DNA of 64,000 nucleotides from Lytechinus pictus (Eukaryota), in contig NC_087249.1 of NCBI RefSeq assembly GCF_037042905.1, positions 7,752,001 through 7,816,000 of the forward strand, written 5' to 3'. The position numbers were made by a program, and so were the translations under genes. The notes under the pieces are model-generated. The model had not been told where the DNA came from and made no database searches. It saw only the letters and a program-made list of their open reading frames with translations. Below are positions 40,894 to 50,170 of the stretch, piece after piece. Numbering within the stretch: the stretch's first letter is position 1; every line of letters starts with the position of its first letter.

Positions 40894-41922
40894 TCAGTAA
40901 CGAGTGTGACCACCTCCTGCAGCAATAACGGCTTCACAGCGCTGTCTCATGGAGCTGATGAGGCGATTGATGTCTCTGACGTCCAGTGCATCCCATGCAG
41001 CCTCCAGAGCCACACCCAGCTGCTGCAGTCCAAGTGGATGGGCTTCGAGCTGCTCGAGACTCCTCCCCATCATGTCCCAGACGTGCTCTATCGGGTTTAA
41101 GTCCGGGGACCTCGCTGGCCACTCCATACGCTCAATCCCCTGGCCCTCAAGGAACTCGGTCACCACCCTAGCTCGGTGGGCACGGGCATTGTCATCCATG
41201 AAAATGATGTTTTGTCCCACATTTTCTGCAAATGGCACCACTATAGGTTCAAGGACCTCATCCCTGTACCTCACTCCTGTCATTGCTCCCCCTGGGACCA
41301 CGTAGAGACGAGTACGGTTGGCGTAGGTGATGCCTCCCCACACCATGACGCTGCCTCCCCCATAACGGTCATGTTCTGCAATACAGGGGTCTGCAAATCT
41401 CTCTCCTGGTCGCCTCCAGACTCTCGAACGTCCATCATTGTGGTCAAGGGAAAATCTGCTCTCATCTGTGAACAGAACTCTACGCCATTGCTGTCTGGTC
41501 CATCTGACATGCTCCCGGGCCCAGTTGAGACGAATTCTTCTGTGAGCAGGGGTGAGTGGGACACACTGAGCTGGCCGTCTGGCATGCATATTGGCTCTGT
41601 GAAGTCGGTTACGGATTGTTTGAGTGGAAACAATCACTCCAGTTGCTGCAGCGAAGTCATTGTTGAGGCGGCGTGCACTGTGAAAGCGGTTGCGGAGGCT
41701 GAGATTCGTCAAGTAGCGATCATCTCTAGGGGTTGTCGAAACTGGTCGGCCAATGCGGGGTCTCTCGGAGTATAGCCCTGTCTCTCGGTGTCTTTGATTT
41801 GCTCTGCTAATGACACTGTGTGACACGCCCATCATTCTGGCTACTCTTCGCTGACTGAGGCCAGCTTCCAGCATCCCTAGGGCTCTGGCTACATCTGTTT
41901 CACTTAGGTGGTGTCTTGGCAT
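40894..41922 (-). CDS. Tc1-family DD34E transposase, left copy (342 aa)
   Basis: MPRHHLSETD... with paired-like HTH region, GRP motif, VLFTDESRF, VMVWG, FMDDNARAH, SPDLNPIEHVW; 34 residues between the second catalytic D and E; no stops or frameshifts. Confidence 0.95.
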   Translation of the reverse strand: MPRHHLSETDVARALGMLEAGLSQRRVARMMGVSHSVISRANQRHRETGLYSERPRIGRPVSTTPRDDRYLTNLSLRNRFHSARRLNNDFAAATGVIVSTQTIRNRLHRANMHARRPAQCVPLTPAHRRIRLNWAREHVRWTRQQWRRVLFTDESRFSLDHNDGRSRVWRRPGERFADPCIAEHDRYGGGSVMVWGGITYANRTRLYVVPGGAMTGVRYRDEVLEPIVVPFAENVGQNIIFMDDNARAHRARVVTEFLEGQGIERMEWPARSPDLNPIEHVWDMMGRSLEQLEAHPLGLQQLGVALEAAWDALDVRDINRLISSMRQRCEAVIAAGGGHTRY

Positions 41923-41929
41923 TGCTATC

Positions 41930-42262
41930 CAGCTGTCCAGGATGCCATCAAACACAATGAAATCAATTTCACACATGCAGTTCTTTCATGTCTCTTGCAT
42001 CATTGCAATGTGCCCGTACAAAAGTGGCTTCCAAAGCATTTTCTGTCTTTAGTCTCTACAGTCAACAACTTGCTGACAATAGCAATGCCAAGATACAGCT
42101 GTCCAGAATGCCATCAAACACAATGACATCAATTTCACACATGCAGTTCTTTCATGATGTCTCTGGCATCATTGCAGTGGGCCATAAGACAAGTGTCTTC
42201 CAAAGCATTTTCCGTCTAGTCTGTACAATCAACAACTTGACTACAACAGCAATGCCAAGACA
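41930..42262 (+). repeat. Two diverged tandem copies (166 and 167 bp) of the transposase 5' leader
   Basis: Units start CAGCTGTCCAG at 41930 and 42096 and both end AGCAATGCCAAGA; about 19 substitutions plus 2 indels by eye. Confidence 0.92.
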
Positions 42263-43280
42263 CCACCTAAGTGAAACAGATGTAGCCAGAGCCCTAGGGA
42301 TGCTGGAAGCTGGCCTCAGTCAGCGAAGAGTAGCCAGAATGATGGGCGTGTCACACAGTGTCATTAGCAGAGCAAATCAAAGACACCGAGAGACAGGGCT
42401 ATACTCCGAGAGACCCCGCAGTGGCCGACCAGTTTCGACAACCCCTAGAGATGATCGCTACTTGACGAATCTCAGCCTCCGCAACCGCTTTCACAGTGCA
42501 CGCCGCCTCAACAATGACTTCGCTGCAGCAACTGGAGTGATTGTTTCCACTCAAACAATCCGTAACCGACTTCACAGAGCCAATATGCATGCCAGACGGC
42601 CAGCTCAGTGTGTCCCACTCACCCCTGCTCACAGAAGAATTCGTCTCAACTGGGCCCGGGAGCATGTCAGATGGACCAGACAGCAATGGCGTAGAGTTCT
42701 GTTCACAGATGAGAGCAGATTTTCCCTTGACCACAATGATGGACGTTCGAGAGTCTGGAGGCGACCAGGAGAGAGATTTGCAGACCCCTGTATTGCAGAA
42801 CATGACCGTTATGGGGGAGGCAGCGTCATGGTGTGGGGAGGCATCACCTACGCCAACCGTACTCGTCTCTACGTGGTCCCAGGGGGAGCAATGACAGGAG
42901 TGAGGTACAGGGATGAGGTCCTTGAACCTATAGTGGTGCCATTTGCAGAAAATGTGGGACAAAACATCATTTTCATGGATGACAATGCCCGTGCCCACCG
43001 AGCTAGGGTGGTGACCGAGTTCCTTGAGGGCCAGGGGATTGAGCGTATGGAGTGGCCAGCGAGGTCCCCGGACTTAAACCCGATAGAGCACGTCTGGGAC
43101 ATGATGGGGAGGAGTCTCGAGCAGCTCGAAGCCCATCCACTTGGACTGCAGCAGCTGGGTGTGGCTCTGGAGGCTGCATGGGATGCACTGGACGTCAGAG
43201 ACATCAATCGCCTCATCAGCTCCATGAGACAGCGCTGTGAAGCCGTTATTGCTGCAGGAGGTGGTCACACTCGTTACTGA
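42252..43280 (+). CDS. Tc1-family DD34E transposase, right copy (342 aa)
   Basis: Same protein as the left copy except PRSGRP versus PRIGRP; AATAAA downstream at 43470-43475. Confidence 0.96.
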   Translation: MPRHHLSETDVARALGMLEAGLSQRRVARMMGVSHSVISRANQRHRETGLYSERPRSGRPVSTTPRDDRYLTNLSLRNRFHSARRLNNDFAAATGVIVSTQTIRNRLHRANMHARRPAQCVPLTPAHRRIRLNWAREHVRWTRQQWRRVLFTDESRFSLDHNDGRSRVWRRPGERFADPCIAEHDRYGGGSVMVWGGITYANRTRLYVVPGGAMTGVRYRDEVLEPIVVPFAENVGQNIIFMDDNARAHRARVVTEFLEGQGIERMEWPARSPDLNPIEHVWDMMGRSLEQLEAHPLGLQQLGVALEAAWDALDVRDINRLISSMRQRCEAVIAAGGGHTRY

Positions 43281-43538
43281 ACTGCCTGAAAGACACTCAG
43301 ACATTCGTTTTTACCACTTCATGTCGGTAGCTGATACCCCTCGGGGCCCACTTTTCAGGATGTGCAGTGATGCGAGAGACATTGTGCAACAACTGAAACC
43401 ACCCATGCGTGAAATTGATTACAGCGTGTTTAAGGACATTTAGGACAGTTGTACTGAGGTATTTCCAGAAATAAAACACCTTGTATAAAATCTTTATGTA
43501 CGTTTTAAAAAGTGGTCCTTAACTTTTTTTGAGTAGTG

Positions 43539-43655
43539 TATTTATTCATTTATTTATCTATCTATTCATTCATTTATTTTCATTCATCCATTCATCCATA
43601 TCCATCTATCTATCTATCTATCTACCTATCTATCTATTCTTTCTATCTATCTCTA
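43539..43655. repeat. (ATTT/ATTC/ATCT)n compound microsatellite
   Basis: tatttattcatttatttatctatctattc... directly after the element's right TA. Confidence 0.85.
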
Positions 43656-44499
43656 ATGTATATCAACAGACAAATCTTACATATTTTAGATGGATAAATG
43701 AGGGGAAATAATAAAGAGGTCTTAAATGGAAAGAATTGTGCGAGCGCATGCAAGCTTCGGAACAAATGCGCAAAGCGCAATGCGCTGTATAGGGCATATA
43801 TTGCTGAGATTTGGCTCAACACTCTGAGCTAGTGATACAATAAATAAAATACTTAATGAAATGATGAACTTGTTTAATCAGTTACTATACAAGTAAATTC
43901 AATACATTTGTGAAAATGAAATTGTACAGTATAACATTAAATTATTGGTTAAGCAAATCAAACTCCTCAACACAGTCACTATGTGCATGTTAGCTATAGA
44001 TTTAAGCACAACATAAATATTTTGAAAATCAATTCTGCAATAACAAAGTAAATAATTTGCATATTAAAATAAACTTTAAAATAATATATCAATTCATTTA
44101 TAACCAACTCCTTCACATTACGATTGAACACTTCAAACACTGAAAGAAAAAGTTTGTGATACATTATCAAACATGATTATGATGGGTTACCAATTTTGAA
44201 TAAAAATAAATTTGTTGTCTGGTACTCTACAACATTTTCTAACACAATTGCCAAACTCCATCGAAATTGGAAAAATATAAAACAAATTCTAGAAAAATAC
44301 TTGATTGAAAACACAAATCAACAAGCAGCTTCTTCAAAAGACATTTGAACACACAAGAAAACAAAAATGTGTGAAATCATCAAATCAGCAATGCAAACAA
44401 AAAATGGTTAAAATAAATACGAGAACAGCATTTCAAGGTTAGTCATGTTTGAAGACATTTAACCACAGCATTCAAAACTTTGTTGTATCGTCTACTTAC

Positions 44500-46550
44500 A
44501 ACTTGTGGTCTACAAGAAGCATGATGGCCATGGTGTTGTTGACGAGGGATGCAGCAACATGTTGACTGTAGTTGACTTCCCCATCCTCCTGTTGCCCTTC
44601 TTGACCGTCTTCCGCTCCTTCAGGTTTGCCACCATCCTTCTCAGAATGGTCTCCATCCAAAGGTGTGGTGTCCCCAGGGGGAGGAGCATCCATCAACATG
44701 GGTATGGAGTCCGGTTTAGGTACCAAGTTAGCACCAACCGGCAATGACGCAGTGACGATCACATTCTCCATATCCATGCTGACTATACCTGGAGAGGGCA
44801 CATGTAGGTCCCTGGAAAGTTTACCGGTCATGGTTTCATCGTCGCATGAAGAATAAACGCTAGTGTTGTCGTTTTCATCATCATCATCGCATGGTACAGA
44901 TTCCTGACATTCAGGTGTATTGTCTGTTTCTGGAGCAGTCACATACCCTTGCTCTGAAATCTCCACTACGGGACTCTCATGATTAATGATATCGTCACTG
45001 TAAGTGCACAATTCAACAAACCCATGAGCCTGAACTACTGCCCCGGGGCCAACAGTGTCTGGGCTTACAGCACCAAGTTTTGCTTCAGTTAATTGGAATT
45101 CATTATTCATGGTCCCTAAAGTGAGTGAAGAAGTACAATGCCGGGAGATCCGCAGCTGAGCGTCGCTTCCACTCACACCTTCTGATCTTTCCCCATCACA
45201 ACTGCTAGCAGCAGAACCTATCCCTTTTTCACCACTGATGGCAGCATGACTCTCAGGAACTAATTCAACATTGACTGCAGATGAATCATGTGTGCTGCTA
45301 GACAATCCCATCCCTTCACCGTCCGCATCTGAATCTTTGATCAAGTACATGTACTCTCCCGACTTCGAAACAAACCATTCATCAGTCTCGGTACATTCCT
45401 CTTGACTGTTTTGATGAACCAGACCATGTGTCAATAATATACTTGATTGAGACACCCACCGCGGTTCTACAATGTCCTCAAATTCACTCGCTTCCTTCTC
45501 TAGCTCCTCGACATCAATGTCTATTTTCCCGAATGGTTCGACATCCTCACAGTCTTCTGGTGATGAAAGGTAGGAAACAATGATGGGGGAGGTCTCTGGA
45601 GATGAAGAGGAAGAAGAAGAAACATATCGCTTCCTGGAGTACCTGGTATAAGCTTCGTCATGGGGGTAGCTCTCCCGCTTCTTGAATACTGATGATATCT
45701 GACTTTGTAGTTTCTTGAGCTTGCCCTTAGTCGGTGGCTCAGGCATCGACATAGTTCTCTTCTGCCTGTTCAGCATGCCACCTTTCACTCCTCGGGTGTT
45801 TGTCTTTTGAACATTGCACTGAGTGGATGTTTCTTTGGAAGGGTTTTCCATCTGGGTGCCCAACACTGGGTCTGATTGGATCGGTCTAAAGGCACCACAG
45901 GGAGTCTTATCTCCGTCCCTTTTTCCGATGGCTGATGTGGTATTTGACTTTGGTATCACCAGCGTCTTTGGCTTACCAGGTCCATCAGACTTTTTAAGTT
46001 TGTTCAATGTGTCTTCCATGCTATCAACACGGACAGGTTGGCGTTGGCCCAGTCTGTGCTGCTTGGCCCTCATGAACCTCCATTTTCTCCTGTGTTTCCC
46101 CATGACTGTCAGAACAGCATCAGAGACATCACCAGAGAAGTCCAGGCACAGTAAATATTCATCCCCTTTCACCGGGTCATAAGGGTCACCATGGATATCA
46201 TCAAACACAAAGTATTCTTCTAAGTCATTCTCTGGGGGAAGACTGCTTGGATAGTTGTAAAGAACATCAACATTGAACTCTATGTCACTGGTATCAAAGC
46301 TCTGGCCCTTACACAACTTCTTCCTCATTGTGCTGTTTGGGTTCAAGCTCTCCAGAGCACAAACTCGCGGCTCATCTTCGCGAAAAGGATCATAAATATG
46401 CGACGAGTTGTTCTTCTGCCATACATAAGACCTTCCTTCACAACTGTATTGCTTTCCTTCTATTCCGTGTTCGTCCAAACGTTCATGACCGGATGAATCA
46501 AGTCTATGCTGCCATTTACCAATCGTATTTTCAGCAATCCATTCACCCAT
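44500..46550 (-). CDS. Large first coding exon (~683 codons) of an unidentified gene; acidic, Ser-rich, probably disordered N-terminus
   Basis: The 697-aa ORF has an ATG in good context (gtcagcATGG, 46550) with stops upstream in all frames. Its apparent stop coincides with a consensus donor (AAG TT|gtaagt at 44500/44499, phase 2) that is in frame with the exons at 22367 and 18987. Confidence 0.8.
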
Positions 46551-48696
46551 GCTGACCGGATTTCGCACCACATGCAATACGAAGATCAAGTTCCATATTA
46601 ATCAATTCTCCTTTTGATCACATCAAGCACATGAAATCCCTTTGGCTGTATCACATTAAAGACAAAAAGCAAAGTGTTTAATTCCTAAGAATATATTCCA
46701 TGATGGTCATGGTTAGCAGACAACAGACAACTCCATAAGACAAGATGTTACACGAAGATACATAAAGATGAAGATAAATGTCATGGCCGATTACACTAAT
46801 CAATAAATCCACAATGATAAAACCTACACAACCAACAAAGACTTGAGAATTTTTAATCACAGGAAAATTCAACGTAACCAAAGCGAACGAATAAACGCAG
46901 CCAAGAGTAAAGAAAGAATAACCACAGAAAACTCAAGTTGAGACAAAAATAATCCCTTATTCACACTGTAGAGCATTGAATAACTGAAAATGGTGCATTA
47001 TTTGATTGAATAACAACATGATCCCAGTACAATCATGTAGCGGAGAGGGAAATTCAAAAGTCATTTCTTAACTGATGAAGCTTTTATTGTACTTGGCAAA
47101 TATTCTATCACAAATTGTAATTTCAATAGGATGTCAGGAAAATTAAATTGCCAATCATTAGATCTTGTCAGGGTCAACATAATAAGACCTTGCCCAACCT
47201 TCAATACAAGATAATGTAAGTCACATTCTGTCAATGAAAATGCAAGTAATCGGTTACTGAATGCAATCATTTGAAATGACGCTCTTCCCAAAGCAAACCT
47301 CAAGCAGTTGCGGTAATCGATGATTTCAAGACAAAATCTTTCAATCAAGATGAACTAGTATCTTACCATACATATATAAAGATAGATTCACTTATTTCCA
47401 CATAGTCTGTGAAATAAAGATATCTAGATTAAATAGAAACCCAGAGAACACTGAAAAAATTATTACTAGAAAAACTCCATGTGAAATGCCACTCATGGCT
47501 GAATCATTTCACAGAAATATTACAAATTTGTCATCTCCTAGAATTCGATATTCATAATGATCTACTAATGAGACTCACTGAATAGCATCAAGACATCATG
47601 GGTATTGAATGTGGGGATAGAAAAACCAGGACTTGTTAGGTGATTTACTTTTCTTTGTGACAGTACTTCATAATGGCCATATATGTAACTGGGGGAGGGG
47701 CTATGAAATCCCTCTTATAAAAAAAATTAATTCTTCAAAGACTGTCCTATTATATATCCAGCATGCAAAATTTATAACTAGCTGACTTGAGTCTTTGGCA
47801 GGCCTATATCTCCATCACAACTGATGACTAATTTTCTCCAAAATATTGTGTAACTTGTTAGCATTGCTCGCTTGCAAATTTCAGAATTCGTGCAATGTAA
47901 CCAATACAGAGCACCTAAAAAATATACCTTACTTTTGCTCAATACACATATTAATGTAAAGTTTGTGAAACCCATTACTGCAAAAACAATTGTTACTGTA
48001 GTTTAAGACCCAACCCAGAGCAAAACGTGAAACTGAATTTAACGGAAATCAGCTCCCTACTACAAGAGTGTAAGTTTTATGCAATTGCATATATATTCAC
48101 CATTTGACAGCTGTGTTTTTTGTAGTCCTGTGAGAAACTCAAATTAACAGGTTTCGACTATAGGCTTTATCAAGTTTCTCAACAGCCTGAATTAAGTGAT
48201 GTCACACTGTGTCATGACAGTTGTGAATCTATAGGTTTGTTCGTAGAAAAAACAATTTTTTGGTTTTCCAGATTATGAGTTTGATTTTTTTTCTCTCTCT
48301 CTTTGCAAAGAAAAATGGCACTAACAATTATGCAGTGCTCATGGATGGAAACCTACAACTCTTCACTAGGTTTTTTTTTAATGATTTCTTTGTCCGGCTC
48401 ATATTGGGCCTAAATTGCTATGTCAGGAAAACTTGTACACATAATCTAAATGCAGATAAGAGTTGGAAGCAGAAAACTCACAGTTTTTCAGTGTACACGC
48501 CTATGGAATCACAATGCTTCTAGCACATGATGTCACGGTCTTGAGGCCGGAGAAAAGCACAAGAAAGCCTATTTTCGAAGCCCGAATAATTGGAGCTATT
48601 CTTAAGCGAAAAATTCAGCTGTTAAGAAGTGAAAATAAAAACAGCAAAAAGATACGAGTCTGAACGTGAAGCTAGAGGAAGCCATGTTCTAAAACA

Positions 48697-48917
48697 GGGG
48701 GTGTTTCACAAAGATTTAAGTATGACTTAGAGTTGCACTTAAACGCCTCGTTGCGTGCGGTATAAAAGGCATGACCGGTCAGGATTGGTCAGATCATGCG
48801 AAGAAGACGCGCACTACTGTGTATTGATCAATAAGATTGCGTGTTGCATATCTTGTACGCGTCGGCATTTAAGTGCAACCTATTAAAGTCATACTTAAAT
48901 CTTTGTGAAACACCCCC
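48697..48917. mobile_element. Harbinger-like MITE with CAG duplication
   Basis: CAG|GGGGTGTTTCACAAAGATTTAAGTATGACTT ... AAGTCATACTTAAATCTTTGTGAAACACCCCC|CAG. Confidence 0.9.
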
Positions 48918-50170
48918 CAGGACTATCTTTACTAGTCACATGTTCAAAATTGCAGTTACTTTAGAGACATACCTTTTCTAGTCTTCTTTGAAATCTGCAT
49001 AATTATTAACAATATGAATAGTGAAAAACCCATAGAATTTGACAAATAGAGAATACGGAAGTACTTCAATGTATGAGAAAATGGGAAATAAAAGATCACA
49101 ACCAAAAATTCATTAGCCAATATAATAAAGACATCCTGCTCTCCTTTGGAAATCTTCCAATGTTCGATCTGACGAAAAAAAACGAAAATGCCATAGAATG
49201 TAGTTCTTGAAGAATGGTCAATCAGGAAGATAATGAGAAACGTAACATTACAACCAAAATTGAATTAGCCAACACAATCCAGACATATACTGCGCTCAAC
49301 TTGTGAAATCCGCAAATAATTGCTTCAAAGATAAATTGAAGTGAATCATATAGAATGTAGAATGAATGACCATGCAGGGAATAAGAATTATGAACATAAG
49401 AAATGCAATAACCATCATACATACATGTACATGTAACTGCTACAACACAATCAAGACATAATATAACTTGAATTTTATAACAAGCAATCAATAAATACAT
49501 TTCAAACCAATACAAAGACCTATTCACAATAAACTAAACTCTGCAAGATACAATAAATGTTAATAAAAAAGTTAACTTGTGAATAAAAATGGTATGTTCT
49601 TCTTATTTCCAATTTTTTTTTAAAATATCAATTTCTGATATAATTTGGGTGAAATTTGGCATTCAAATATTTCGTTCTCCAAATAACAAAAAGAAAGTTG
49701 TACATTTTTGCTATGTACAATATATAGCTCAGAATTGATTTGAAATCCATTCTTTGTCCCCTCAGGCATATATCTGACGTTTGTTGGTCCCTGCGTCGGC
49801 CTACAACAGGTGAAAGTAGATTTGAATTAAACATTATTCAATGTCAGGCTACTCTGCCAAGTCTAAAAGGGTTAGGTTATTAGGAGGTTGTTTTTGTCCC
49901 TCAAACTAACACCTACGCATCTCCACGCATGTCCTGACACAAAACAAGATGGATGGGACTAGGTGTTCACTAGGTCTCCACTAATGCATTCAATTCATTC
50001 TTAATTATCATTGCTGGCACGTTTACTGCATATTTAACCAGAGAAATGGATGTATAAACATAACAAAGTGATCTCTTTAACATTTTGTATTAAACTTCAA
50101 GCAGAGATCATGAATTAATTCATTTTAGACTGTATGAAATATGAATTTCACTACTGAATTCAAATACTAA

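Larger units (their letters stand above)
40636..43538. mobile_element. Palindromic double-transposase Tc1 element (2903 bp)
   Basis: TA|CACTACTCAAAAAAAGTTAAGGACC ... GGTCCTTAACTTTTTTTGAGTAGTG|TA. Arms 40636-41926 and 42248-43538 are reverse complements (paired coordinates sum to 84174). The outer flanks are unrelated to each other. Confidence 0.95.

Noticed and set aside
41988..42251. 88-aa N-terminal extension of the right transposase (and 18-aa extension of the left)
   Set aside because: The extensions differ between copies and run through TIR-derived leader repeats; arm symmetry ends 4 bp upstream of the MPR ATG, the likely true start.
41176..42998. 199-aa, 118-aa and 117-aa ORFs overlapping the transposases
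   Set aside because: They are alternative-frame or antisense shadows, duplicated only because of the palindrome.
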